Assembly: GCA_023247795.1 (NCBI GenBank) | Contig: JAHFFT010000005.1 | Coordinates: 8,764-72,763, forward strand | Reading direction: 5' to 3' | From: Candidatus Omnitrophota bacterium | GTDB lineage: Bacteria; Omnitrophota; Gorgyraeia; Zapsychrales; JANLHA01 | Length of the DNA stretch: 64,000 nucleotides | Shown here: positions 19,243 through 29,435 of the stretch, piece by piece | Position numbering within the stretch: the first letter of the stretch is position 1 | Layout of the letters: the number at the start of each line of letters is the position of its first letter | Notes under the pieces: generated by a model | Database searches by the model: none | Told to the model about the DNA's origin: nothing | Seen by the model: the letters and a program-made list of their open reading frames with translations, nothing else | Position numbers and translations under genes: made by a program

Positions 19243-20916
19243 ATGCTGTCGCAACTCACAATTCAAAATTTTGGCCTGATCAAACGAATCGTCCTCGAAC
19301 TGGATTCGCGCCTTAATATCCTGACCGGAGAGACTGGCGCCGGGAAGTCCATCATCATCGAAGGACTGCGTTTTGCTCTGGGAGAGCGCATCAAATCTTC
19401 ACCTCTGCGTGAACAAGACAAGCCCTGCCTGGTCGAGGTGGTCTTTGATCTCAACGGGACCTCGCTCAAAAACCACGAACTTCTCAAAGACCACTTACCA
19501 GATGGTGAAAAAGTTCTCATTCTCCAGCGTCAATATTTTTCCGACGGCCGTAACAAAATAAAGGTCAATGGTTCAACCTTGACTCTCTCGCAACTGAAAA
19601 GCCTTGGCGATCTGCTCGTTGATTTTCACGGCCCCAATGACCATCAACGGCTTTTGATGACCAGCTCACATATCGAAATGCTTGACCGCTTGACCCATTT
19701 TGACCGCGAGCTCGCGGCTTACCAAAAATCATTCCAACATTTTCTGGAATTGAAAAAAAAACAGTCCCACCTGCAAGAATTATCACAATCCCGTGAACGC
19801 GATTTGGACATCCTCAAATTTCAAGTCAGAGAATTGGAACAAGTGCGCCTGACGGATGATGAACACACCTCCCTTTTGGATCAACAGACAAAAATCGATC
19901 ATGCTGAAAAACTCTTCGAGGAGATCAACGAACTCCAACAGATCCTTGATGGATCAGAGTTGAATCTTTCCGAATTGATTCAAAAAGCCTTTGCCCCTAT
20001 CAAGACAATTGCCGGGATCGATGAGAAAACCGCTCACTGGCAAGACTATCTGCAAAACATCCAACAGAATGCCGAATCCCTGCTCGGAGAAATCCGCGCT
20101 TATCAAGAGCAACTTTCCTTTCAGCCACAAGAGGCGCAAGCTGTCATCCAAAAAGTCGATCTCTATGACCTGCTCTTAAAAAAATACGGACCAACGATTC
20201 CGCAGGCCCAAAATTTCTACACGCAAGCAAAAGAAAAACTTGGCCTGCTCGTTGATTTTGAACACAATGATCAGGAACTGCAAAATCAAATCAGCAAAAC
20301 CAAAGAAGAATTGCGCGCTCTAGCCCTGGCATTGACCCAGTTTAGAAAAAAATCAGCAAAGGAACTCAAAAAAATCGTTATTCAAGAACTTCACGATCTG
20401 GGTTTCGAACACATTGATTTTGAAATTAAATTCGAAGAAATCGATTTTCAAGACACGGGACACGACCGGGTTGTTTTTTACATCAGCCCCAACGCCGGTG
20501 AACCTTTAAAACCACTCTCGGAAATCGTATCCTCCGGAGAAGCAGCACGATTGATGTTGGCCTTAAAAAAAGCGCTCACCAAAGTTGATCCCATTGCGGT
20601 CCTGGTCTTTGATGAAATCGACGCCCAGATTGGCGGCCGGCTTGGCACGATCACCGGGAAAAAACTGAAAAGCCTTGCCCAAGACCGTCAAATTGTGCTC
20701 ATCACTCACCTTCCCCAGATCGCTTCCTTTGCCGACTGCCATTTCAAAGTTGAAAAATCCGTGATCAAAGGACGCACCGTAACATCCATTATTTGTTTGA
20801 ACAACAAAGAACGCGTCCAAGAATTGAGCCTCATGATGGGCAGCGCTCGTGACCAAGACCAACGCATTGCAAGAAACCATGCCGAAAGCATGCTTGAACA
20901 GGCGCAAAAGGCTTAA
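19243..20916 (+). CDS. recN: DNA repair protein RecN
   Basis: LTGETGAGKS, coiled coil, SSGEAARLML, VFDEID, ITHLPQIA. Confidence 0.95.
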   Translation: MLSQLTIQNFGLIKRIVLELDSRLNILTGETGAGKSIIIEGLRFALGERIKSSPLREQDKPCLVEVVFDLNGTSLKNHELLKDHLPDGEKVLILQRQYFSDGRNKIKVNGSTLTLSQLKSLGDLLVDFHGPNDHQRLLMTSSHIEMLDRLTHFDRELAAYQKSFQHFLELKKKQSHLQELSQSRERDLDILKFQVRELEQVRLTDDEHTSLLDQQTKIDHAEKLFEEINELQQILDGSELNLSELIQKAFAPIKTIAGIDEKTAHWQDYLQNIQQNAESLLGEIRAYQEQLSFQPQEAQAVIQKVDLYDLLLKKYGPTIPQAQNFYTQAKEKLGLLVDFEHNDQELQNQISKTKEELRALALALTQFRKKSAKELKKIVIQELHDLGFEHIDFEIKFEEIDFQDTGHDRVVFYISPNAGEPLKPLSEIVSSGEAARLMLALKKALTKVDPIAVLVFDEIDAQIGGRLGTITGKKLKSLAQDRQIVLITHLPQIASFADCHFKVEKSVIKGRTVTSIICLNNKERVQELSLMMGSARDQDQRIARNHAESMLEQAQKA

Positions 20917-21037
20917 TTTCTTAAATCTAGCGATTGCGATGGAAAAAAGAATATGCTAATGTGTACTTACATTTGCGTTTGTTTCTTGTTCAAAAAATAA
21001 TTTTACTTATTCGCGTTCCAACTAAAGGAGTTACCTG

Positions 21038-22243
21038 ATGAAAAACATTGGACTGATCACCAGCGGCGGAGATTGCGGTGGATTGAATGCCGTGATTAAA
21101 GGGGCCGCCCTCATGGCACTCAATCAAGGGCTCTCCTGTTTTATGATTTCCAACGGTTATGCGGGATTGTATAACCTCATTGACTTTGAGAAACTGGTCG
21201 AGCTAACGCCCCGACGTTTGGATCAAATTGACCTTAATCTCGCCGGGTCAGAGGCTGGCCACTCCCGAGTCAAAATCAGTAAAATCGATGACAAAAATAA
21301 ATACCAACGCATCAAAGAAGGCCTTAAGAAATTCAAAATCGACGGACTAGTGATCAGCGGCGGTGATGATACCGGCAGTGTGATCGTCGATCTGGCGAAA
21401 AATGGAATTCCCTGTGTGCACGCGCCCAAGACCATGGACCTGGATCTACAGACTTATTCCGTCGGCGGCGACTCCACGATCAGCCGCATCAGCACGTTTG
21501 CCGAAGACCTGAAAACAACCGGAATCACCCACAACCGGATCATTGTCTTGGAAGTGTTTGGTCGCTACGCCGGCCATACCGCTTTTCGCGGTGGGGTTGG
21601 GGCAGACGCGGACGCGGTCTTGATACCAGAGATTCCAGTTGATTTTGACATCCTCTATCAAAACGTGAAACAAAAATTCATAACGCGGGTTGAAAACAGT
21701 GACACCTTCACCGGGACTTATCTGATCATTGTCGCCGAAGGCTTAAAAGACGCCAGTGGTTCCGAAATTTTTGATGAATCCGTTGGGGTTGATACCTTTG
21801 GACATAAGCGTTTGGCAGGAGCAGGCAAATTTGTTACACAGGAATTGACCAAGCGGTTTAAAAAAGACCCTGACATCCTCAACTTCATGAAAAAGACAAA
21901 AATGTACGTTAAAGGCATTTACGAAATCCCGGAAGTGCGCGCGGTAACACCAGGGCATTTGGTGCGTTGCGGCCACACCTCTCCTTATGATGCCAATTTT
22001 GGAAAAGAAGTCGGCGGGGCCGCGATCCTGCTCCTACTCAAAGGATTGAGCGGTGTGACTGTCGTTGGAGTTGATGGAAACACGATTCAATATCTACCAA
22101 CTCAGGAAGCGATCAAGCAGCGTTTTGTCAACTCGGATTTGATTTCTTACCACGAGCAGCTAGGGATGTGCTTCGGCCGTCAGCCACAAAAAAGCAAATT
22201 GCGCTTTGAGCAGGTAAATGGTTACATCCATAGACATTTATAA
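21038..22243 (+). CDS. 6-phosphofructokinase, PPi-dependent signature
   Basis: TSGGDCGGLN, SGGDDT, PKTMDLDL, EVFGRYAG. Confidence 0.9.
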   Translation: MKNIGLITSGGDCGGLNAVIKGAALMALNQGLSCFMISNGYAGLYNLIDFEKLVELTPRRLDQIDLNLAGSEAGHSRVKISKIDDKNKYQRIKEGLKKFKIDGLVISGGDDTGSVIVDLAKNGIPCVHAPKTMDLDLQTYSVGGDSTISRISTFAEDLKTTGITHNRIIVLEVFGRYAGHTAFRGGVGADADAVLIPEIPVDFDILYQNVKQKFITRVENSDTFTGTYLIIVAEGLKDASGSEIFDESVGVDTFGHKRLAGAGKFVTQELTKRFKKDPDILNFMKKTKMYVKGIYEIPEVRAVTPGHLVRCGHTSPYDANFGKEVGGAAILLLLKGLSGVTVVGVDGNTIQYLPTQEAIKQRFVNSDLISYHEQLGMCFGRQPQKSKLRFEQVNGYIHRHL

Positions 22244-22427
22244 TAATGCACCTTGAACGAATCAACCAGTCGTCTTAATGTTCTATCCAAAGAGAACTGC
22301 AAGCGTATTAAACACTTTCAGAAATGGTTAGTGCTGTTGCTCTACACGCCTTGTTTCACTACAGGGGACGGCTTACGAAGTAAATTTAATATCTGAATCT
22401 TGTTGAAACTATAAAAAAGCAATCCTT

Positions 22428-23456
22428 ATGAATCAACCCAAATCTTTAGCCGATCAACCCATTATCCTCATCTACACTATGACCGCTGGGTTAGGGGATT
22501 ACTTGGTCCTAGGGGATTTGTTGCATAAGGCAAAATTGCTTTTACCCCAAGCAGAGTGTCTCTTGATACACAGAGCCAATTCCCATGTTTCGCATTGGCC
22601 ATATGGAAATTATCGGAATGTATTTTTTAATGTTTATTCATTGACTGAAATGTTGCGCCTGGCAGGAATTTTATTAAACTACCGACGTCGAGGGTATGTG
22701 GTCTTTGGATTGCAAATGGCACCTGGATCCTTGCAGGGATTCCTCTTACATCGTTGCCTTAAATCGATCCGGGGCTTGGACTATATTGTAGATTCCAATT
22801 TAATCAATGCAGATTTAGTTGTCCCTGCACGAGGCAATTATATTTTAGAGAGGCATTTAAACCAGTTGGCGGATTTGTTGAATGTCGGAATTCCTTCTAA
22901 TTATTACCGACTCAACTTACCTTTATCTGACTTTAAAGGACATTCCATAGTGAGACCCACAGGACGCCGCCTAGTCGGTATCCATCCCTGGAGCCGCCGG
23001 GACTCCTATTCGTTTTTCTGGTCTTTGGACAATTGGATTAAAGTCATTGAGAATTTACTTCGCCACGAGGATGTGGATTGCGTCTTTTTTGGGAAGGATG
23101 TAAAATTTCAGGAATTCGCGGATTGCTTGCGCCGCAAATTTGTTGGCGCCCAAAAGCGCTTTCATTTTGTTCCCTCCCAATCGATTGAACATCTGAGCAG
23201 AACAATTGCGGATGTGGATGTCGTATTGTCGGTCAATACGGCGATCGTTCACATAGCCTATGCGTTAAATAAAAAAATGGTTATTTTAAGCGGCCCCTCA
23301 CTGGATGAGTGGAATCCGCGTGGCGATCATATTCGTATCGTGAGAGATCGTCAAGCGTTACTAACAGGAGCAGATAGACCCAATCCCGACGAGCGTCTGC
23401 CACAAGTCACCAGAATCAAGGTTCAAGATGTCCTTGATGCCTTTGAATCTCTTTAA
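22428..23456 (+). CDS. GT9 (heptosyltransferase-like) glycosyltransferase
   Basis: GLGDY, VGIHPW, SVNTAIVHIAYAL, WNPRG. Confidence 0.8.
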   Translation: MNQPKSLADQPIILIYTMTAGLGDYLVLGDLLHKAKLLLPQAECLLIHRANSHVSHWPYGNYRNVFFNVYSLTEMLRLAGILLNYRRRGYVVFGLQMAPGSLQGFLLHRCLKSIRGLDYIVDSNLINADLVVPARGNYILERHLNQLADLLNVGIPSNYYRLNLPLSDFKGHSIVRPTGRRLVGIHPWSRRDSYSFFWSLDNWIKVIENLLRHEDVDCVFFGKDVKFQEFADCLRRKFVGAQKRFHFVPSQSIEHLSRTIADVDVVLSVNTAIVHIAYALNKKMVILSGPSLDEWNPRGDHIRIVRDRQALLTGADRPNPDERLPQVTRIKVQDVLDAFESL

Positions 23457-23474
23457 ACTGGCGTTCCCAACCCC

Positions 23475-23573
23475 TCACTCCTTTGTATTGTAGGCGAAAA
23501 TTTGCGGAAATCATTTGATGTCCGCGCATATTTTTAAATCTTGATCAAACGCACCAATCGGATTACCGATCAT
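23475..23573 (-). pseudogene. Deleted remnant of the GT2 gene at 25815-26573
   Basis: Translates MIGN-P-IGAFDQDLKICADIK*FPQIFAYNTKE*; the intact gene reads MIGN...QIGAFDKNLKICADIKWFVQTFSYNIK. Confidence 0.85.
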
Positions 23574-24850
23574 TGGCCCAATATGCTCTCTTTTGCACTT
23601 AGCTGTTGTTTTGATAAAATCTGAGAGTACAGCTTCGTATAGCGCCGCGCTTGCAATTCTAAAGAAAAATGGTCTTCGCATTTCTTCCTGGCTTGCTCAC
23701 GCAACCTTACCTGACGGGCTTTGTCCTCAAGGACCCAGGCAATACCACGCGCGATATCCTCGACCTCGTAGGGCTTGGCTAAGTAGCCATTAACCTGATG
23801 ATCGACCATATCGGGGACACCGCCGATTTTAAACGCAACGACCGGCGTGCCGCACGATAAAGATTCCATCACGACAAATGGCAAATTTTCCTGCAAGGAC
23901 AACAAAAGTGTAACATCGACCGCGCCGTATAACGAAACAATCGCGGGTTCAGATCTCACGGTTCCCAAATAATGGATGGGAAATCCAAAATCGAGATCAC
24001 GCCCCGATTTCCGAGAGCCCATGATGACAAACTCTAAATCCTCTATCTTCTGCTTAGCTAAATTCTTTAAAACGGGTTTTAAAAACTGAAGACCTTTGTT
24101 AGCATCTTTACTGAGACCCATGGCTCCAAAAAGAACAAGTTTTTTATTTTGCGGCAGATTCAGTTTTGCGCGTGCCAACGAAATATCCGTTGGTTGGTAC
24201 AATTTCGTATCGATCCCGTTTGGTATCACCGTCACGTCAAAATCTTTAAATAACGAACTTAGCCGAGCGCATCCCGCTAGCCATTGGCTGGGAGCAACGA
24301 CTTGAATATTTAATTCTTTGAAGGCCTTTTCCTTTCGCTTCCAAATCCTGTTCGAAAGATCACCGGAGTAAGAACTTCCTAATTGTGGGCAGCTTCCACA
24401 GGCGCTTTGATACCGTTTGCAATCAAACGGCAGATGGCAGCCCCCAGTAAATGCCCACGAATCATGCAGGGTCCAAAGAATAGGTTTTCTGATCTTAGCA
24501 ATCTGTTCAATGCTGATCGAACCGTGAGCAATCCAATGCAAATGAACAATGTCCGGACCTATCGTATTGATAAGCGAATTGATTTGGGTAGGAACCACGG
24601 CTGGGGAAAAAATTGTTCTTTGTCGTTGAGGATAAAGCAAAAGCGGAAGCTTATCCAGCAGCGTAAAAAATAAAGCAACAACGTTTGTAAAATACGGCCA
24701 TAAGGAAATGATTTCACTATTTGTTGATGAACGAAAATTCGTCAAATACGTAACATCAACACCATGCCCCAACAAGCCATCATATAATCGATGGGCGGCC
24801 CGGGCAGCGCCCCCTTTGGATTCAATCGCGCTAACAATCAATACTTTCAT
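23570..24850 (-). CDS. GT4 glycosyltransferase (WcaC-like), copy 1
   Basis: GGAARAAHRL, WTLHDSWAFTGGCH, ENLPFVVMESLSCGTPVV. Confidence 0.9.
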   Translation of the reverse strand: MKVLIVSAIESKGGAARAAHRLYDGLLGHGVDVTYLTNFRSSTNSEIISLWPYFTNVVALFFTLLDKLPLLLYPQRQRTIFSPAVVPTQINSLINTIGPDIVHLHWIAHGSISIEQIAKIRKPILWTLHDSWAFTGGCHLPFDCKRYQSACGSCPQLGSSYSGDLSNRIWKRKEKAFKELNIQVVAPSQWLAGCARLSSLFKDFDVTVIPNGIDTKLYQPTDISLARAKLNLPQNKKLVLFGAMGLSKDANKGLQFLKPVLKNLAKQKIEDLEFVIMGSRKSGRDLDFGFPIHYLGTVRSEPAIVSLYGAVDVTLLLSLQENLPFVVMESLSCGTPVVAFKIGGVPDMVDHQVNGYLAKPYEVEDIARGIAWVLEDKARQVRLREQARKKCEDHFSLELQARRYTKLYSQILSKQQLSAKESILGQ

Positions 24851-25101
24851 CTATGAAAAAAGTTGTTTTAAGTACAGTTGGAAATCTCTTCTCTCCCGAT
24901 ATTTGAACGTTATCGGTGGAGGCCATCTTGTGATTGATGTGTATCTTTTGTTATCAGAGGCCCAAATGCAGTGCAAAAAATTAATTGGTTACACGGGTCT
25001 CGTTGACAAAATAAAATTTTTGCAACAAACTGTCGCCATTGGGCCATAACTTTCTTATCGAAAATTTTCCTGGAAAACGTCTTATAATCCTTATTAGGCA
25101 T
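24851..25101 (-). pseudogene. Decayed segment whose 3' end resembles the polysaccharide deacetylase terminus
   Basis: Last ~45 nt read RRDFQLYLKQLFS* versus GREDFQRHLNQFFLH* at 27849; the rest is not clearly assignable. Confidence 0.45.
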
Positions 25102-25798
25102 TCTTAACGCTTACTATATAATCTGCAAAACCTAACACATCCCAAAATACACCTCCATCAATCTTATGAAAACAATAAATTGAATTGATCAAATATAATG
25201 GCAAGAGCATTATTCTTTTCCAAGACCTTCGAGCGCCATATTGTAACGTCCTACAATCACTTTCATTAATCAATGAAACTATTTTCATTGTGTCCGGAAC
25301 ACATATGTGGCTGGGGTCATCATGAAAATTAAGTGATGATTGAAAGAAAGGGGGGCGCATTCGCGGCAAAAAAGCGCTTTTCTGACTTGGGTATTCAAGG
25401 TATAAAAACCCTCCTTTTTTCAATTTTTTTATAAGCCCTTTTATAACGTCCAACGGATGCCGTAGATGCTCAATAACATGAACCACCAAAATGCAATCAA
25501 AATAATTATTAGGCAACATCTTTAATTCAGACAAATTGTCCAAATTAATTTTAAAAAATTTGTTCATCAAAGAAAAATCATCGTCGTCCAGGTTATATGA
25601 TAAGCTTCGATCGACCCCCAAATATTGAATTTCCGGAAAGTATCTTTTAAATTTAGACGGCGCATGATTACCACAACCAACATCCAATACAAAGCCCGTT
25701 GAAATCAAATATTTTTGCATTTTTTCAATATAAAAAGGTTTTTTAAAATAATTTAAAAAAATCTTATTAATTAAATGTTTCGCATTTTTTATAAACAT
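25094..25798 (-). CDS. Class I SAM-dependent methyltransferase
   Basis: VLDVGCG, FDCILVVHVIEHL, LKKGG. Confidence 0.85.
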   Translation of the reverse strand: MFIKNAKHLINKIFLNYFKKPFYIEKMQKYLISTGFVLDVGCGNHAPSKFKRYFPEIQYLGVDRSLSYNLDDDDFSLMNKFFKINLDNLSELKMLPNNYFDCILVVHVIEHLRHPLDVIKGLIKKLKKGGFLYLEYPSQKSAFLPRMRPPFFQSSLNFHDDPSHICVPDTMKIVSLINESDCRTLQYGARRSWKRIMLLPLYLINSIYCFHKIDGGVFWDVLGFADYIVSVKNA

Positions 25799-25814
25799 CT
25801 GAAATTTTCAAGTC

Positions 25815-26573
25815 TTATCGTTTTAAAAAAAAATGAATATTGCGCCATAGAGCATAGAATAGATAATGAAGGAATTCACCTAAGGAACAATACTTTAAAA
25901 AAATCTTCAATTTCTCTCTTATCAACATAACTTTCTCCCGATAGCTGACTCCTTGAGAATTGAAATACGCGATATTCATCGGAAGATGAGTCATTTTAAT
26001 ATTGTAAGAAAAAGTTTGTACAAACCATTTGATGTCAGCGCATATTTTCAAATTCTTGTCAAATGCACCAATCTGATTGAAAACTTCTCTTTTTGTAAAA
26101 ACCCTTTGCTGACAAATCCCCTTTCTTAAAAATTCGAATTTATTCTCAATACTGCCTGAAAACGGCTCAAGATAATCCATCATCAGCTTTGAGGGTAAAT
26201 TTTCTAAAACAAGATCTCCGTAAACAAGCTGCCAGTGATGGTCTTCATTAAACAATTTCATGACTGATGAAATCACTGAATCAGAGAATAACCGGTCATC
26301 AGAATTAAGAAAATATAACACATCCCCCGTTGCAACACGTAGCCCCTTATTCATGGCATCATAAATGCCCTCGTCTCGCTCCGAGACAACCTTAGAAATA
26401 TTTATTCTATATCTTTCAATGATCTCCAGCGTTCTGTCCGTTGAGGCTCCATCGATGATGATATATTCAATATTTTGATAAGCCTGCGATAGGACCGATT
26501 GGATAGTCGCCTCAATGGTATTCTGGGCGTTTAAGCAAACAGTGATGATAGAAACTTTCAGATTACCGATCAT
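25815..26573 (-). CDS. GT2 glycosyltransferase (WcaE-like)
   Basis: SIITVCLN, IIDGASTD, GIYDAMNKG, FLNSDD. Confidence 0.9.
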   Translation of the reverse strand: MIGNLKVSIITVCLNAQNTIEATIQSVLSQAYQNIEYIIIDGASTDRTLEIIERYRINISKVVSERDEGIYDAMNKGLRVATGDVLYFLNSDDRLFSDSVISSVMKLFNEDHHWQLVYGDLVLENLPSKLMMDYLEPFSGSIENKFEFLRKGICQQRVFTKREVFNQIGAFDKNLKICADIKWFVQTFSYNIKMTHLPMNIAYFNSQGVSYREKVMLIREKLKIFLKYCSLGEFLHYLFYALWRNIHFFLKR

Positions 26574-26592
26574 TGGCCAAATGTACTTTCTC

Positions 26593-27849
26593 TTATTGTT
26601 GCGGTTGTTTTGATAACACTTGCTTGTACAGCTTCGTATAGCGCTGTGCTTGCAGTTCTAAAGAAAAATGATCTTCGCATTTTTTCCTGGCTTGCTCGCG
26701 CAACTTTTCCTGACGTATTTTGTCCTCGAGGACCCAGGCAATACCCCGCGCGATATCCTCGACCTCATAAGGTTTAGCTAAGTAACCATTGACCTGATGA
26801 TCGACCATATCGGGGACACCGCCGATTTCAAACGCGACGACCGGCGTACCGCACGATAAAGATTCCATCACGGCATAGGGAAGATTTTCCTGCAAGGACA
26901 ACAAAAGTGTAGCATCAACCGCGCCGTATAGCGAAGCAATCGTGGGTTCAGATTTCAGGGTTCCCAAATAGTGGATAGGAAATCCAAAATCAGAGTCACG
27001 CCCCGATTTACGTGAACCCATAATGACAAATTCTAAATCCTTCATTTTTTGCTTAGCTAAATGCCCTAAGACGGGCTTTAAAAACTGTAGACCTTTGTTG
27101 GCATCTTTACTGAGGCCCATGGCTCCAAAAAGAACAAGCTTTTTATTTTGCGGCAGATTCAATTTTGCACGTGTCGATGAAAGATCCATTGGTTGATACA
27201 ATTTCGTATCAATCCCGTTTGGTATCACCGTCACATCCAAATTTTTAAATAATGAACTTGTCTGGGCGCATCCCGCGAGCCACCGGCTGGGAGCAACGAT
27301 CTGAAGATTTAATTCTTTGAAAGCATTTTCCTTTCGCTTCCAAATCCTGTTCGATAAATCCTCTGGGGCATCACTTCCTAATTGAGGGCAACATCCACAA
27401 GCGCTTTGATACCGTTTGCAAACAAATGGCAAATGACATCCTCCGGTAAAGGCCCAAGAGTCATGCAGGGTCCAGACAATCGGTCTTTTGATTTTAGCAA
27501 TCTGCTCAATGCTGATCGAACCATGAGCAATCCAGTGAAGATGAACAATGTCTGGATTTATTTTATTGATGAGCGAATTGATTCGAGTAGGAATCACCGC
27601 TGGAGAAAAAACACCCTTTCGCCGATGAGGATAAAACAAAAGTGGCAGCTTATCCACCAACAAAAAAAATAAAGCAACCCCGTTTGTAACGTACGGCCAC
27701 AAGGAAATGATTTCTCTATTTGTTGACGAACGAAAATTCGTCAAATATTTCACATCAACACTCCGCCTCAACAAGTCATCATATAATCGATGGGCAGCCC
27801 GGGAGGCACCCCCTTTGGATTCAATAGCGCTAACAATCAATATTTTCAT
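26593..27849 (-). CDS. GT4 glycosyltransferase (WcaC-like), copy 2
   Basis: Close paralogue of 23570-24850; start set at MKILIVSAIE by analogy. Confidence 0.9.
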   Translation of the reverse strand: MKILIVSAIESKGGASRAAHRLYDDLLRRSVDVKYLTNFRSSTNREIISLWPYVTNGVALFFLLVDKLPLLFYPHRRKGVFSPAVIPTRINSLINKINPDIVHLHWIAHGSISIEQIAKIKRPIVWTLHDSWAFTGGCHLPFVCKRYQSACGCCPQLGSDAPEDLSNRIWKRKENAFKELNLQIVAPSRWLAGCAQTSSLFKNLDVTVIPNGIDTKLYQPMDLSSTRAKLNLPQNKKLVLFGAMGLSKDANKGLQFLKPVLGHLAKQKMKDLEFVIMGSRKSGRDSDFGFPIHYLGTLKSEPTIASLYGAVDATLLLSLQENLPYAVMESLSCGTPVVAFEIGGVPDMVDHQVNGYLAKPYEVEDIARGIAWVLEDKIRQEKLREQARKKCEDHFSLELQAQRYTKLYKQVLSKQPQQ

Positions 27850-28847
27850 CAATGAAGAAAAAATTGGTTTAAATGCCTTTGAAAATCTTCTCTCCCCCAA
27901 TCCCTGATCACAATCCGGGGTATCTGATAAATATCGCTCCAGCTATGAACCTGCCAGTAAAAACTGGTCGTTGCCATCTCAAATCCGATTTTTTTTACAA
28001 TTTCAACACTTTTTTCGTCATAGTCTTCCCGATTCCCGTAGGGATAAGAAAAATGGATGATTTTTTGACCCGTCAAATTCTCCAAAATCGATTTGGATTT
28101 TTGGATTTCATCAAACTGCTCTTGATAAGACACCATCGACAAGGGCACGTGATTGTGCGTATGAGTTCCGATCACCGCTGATTTTGACTTGCTCATCTTT
28201 TGTATATCCTCAACCGACATTGATCGATGTGTGGATCTTCCCTCACGCGGCAACCCAGCCCAAGTGCATAATTGCTGAATAATCTCCTCACGGCTGTCCG
28301 GCCTTTGCTTTTTCACAATAGGGTGCAGCGCAAAATAAACCGACCTCATGGCTTCGAAATTCTGAATGGAAAAGGAATGCATCCGATCACCAAGACTGAG
28401 TTTTAATTCCGATGGAAGCGGTCGACCCTGTAAAAAAATTCGTTCCAAGTCATCCCACCAGAATTCCCGTTCGGTACCGATATTAGCAGTGGCAATATAA
28501 AATAACGCCTGAACATTTAAAGATTCCAAAACCGGCAAAACCTGTTGGTAGTTGTCAGCATAACCATCATCAAAGGTGAGGATCAGGCTTTTTGAAGGAA
28601 ACCGTTTTCTTCCTTTTAGATTTTCTTTAAATTCATCGATATCCAGAATATGATAGACCTTTTTTAGATGTTCGACCTGCTGATAAAAATTTTGCACTGT
28701 TACACGGAGCTGCTGTGGATCATTCTGCAAATCTGTCACGCGGTGATAAAGCAGGGCACACGCGGGCGGGTCAAGCAAATTTGAAACGCGGCGAGTTGCT
28801 TTTCCCAGTAAACCTTTTAACTCCTTCGCTACTTTCTGAATAACCAT
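27849..28847 (-). CDS. Polysaccharide deacetylase (CE4/NodB)
   Basis: LLYHRV, LTFDDGYADN, IGTHTHNH, FSYPYG. Confidence 0.9.
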   Translation of the reverse strand: MVIQKVAKELKGLLGKATRRVSNLLDPPACALLYHRVTDLQNDPQQLRVTVQNFYQQVEHLKKVYHILDIDEFKENLKGRKRFPSKSLILTFDDGYADNYQQVLPVLESLNVQALFYIATANIGTEREFWWDDLERIFLQGRPLPSELKLSLGDRMHSFSIQNFEAMRSVYFALHPIVKKQRPDSREEIIQQLCTWAGLPREGRSTHRSMSVEDIQKMSKSKSAVIGTHTHNHVPLSMVSYQEQFDEIQKSKSILENLTGQKIIHFSYPYGNREDYDEKSVEIVKKIGFEMATTSFYWQVHSWSDIYQIPRIVIRDWGREDFQRHLNQFFLH

Positions 28848-28853
28848 TGTTGT

Positions 28854-29240
28854 TCAGCCTTCTCGATAGGCAAAAATGCTAATCTTTAAATCTATCTTCA
28901 AGCCCTGGCTTCTATAAAAAAACGGGCACTCGCGCGTATCAACACTCTGGAAATAATACCGGAATCATTTCTTGATTGGCTTTCCCCAAAAAACACCAAA
29001 TAATTTTCTTAAAAACTGCGCCGCCACTGATGTTATTGTCTTTCATATTCATCTGATAACTCTTAAAATTTTTTGTCGGCTTCAGAAACTTTTATCCTCA
29101 CATTTGGATACAAAGTTTTGCAATACAAACAATTTATTCCCATATTGGCCAACGATCGTAAAGTACCGAAATCTGTCGGTCAGCCGCGGATTTCTAAATT
29201 AGCTCAAAAAATTTCTCTGAATTATCAAATGACCAAAGGT
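28854..29240 (-). pseudogene. Degenerate copy of the FkbM methyltransferase at 31025-31834
   Basis: Frameshifted segments FREIF.., ANMGINCLYCKTLYPNVRIKVSEAD, NMKDNNI, FRYYFQSVDTRECPF..ISIFAYREG* match the intact gene in order. Confidence 0.85.
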
Positions 29241-29289
29241 CAATCCGAAACGGCCTCCAATGTTTCGAAAATCGAACTACTTCCCTTGC

Positions 29290-29435
29290 ATTTTCCCTGA
29301 TACCCCCAAAATCTTGTAGGCATATCATAAATGTGTAAAAAAATAAATTGCTACTCAAGCGCACCTGTGTCTAATATTTTTCTCCCAATGATATTTTCAC
29401 TGATGTCTTTCAATCCACTTCACTCGATAAGACAA
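29290..29435 (-). pseudogene. Possible N-terminal remnant of another class I methyltransferase
   Basis: Broken frames RVKWIE / GRKILDTGALE*Q / QDFG, resembling a SAM motif I region. Confidence 0.35.

Noticed and set aside
22244-22427. Possible ncRNA or riboswitch between pfk and GT9
   Set aside because: No stable stems or recognisable aptamer motif by eye.
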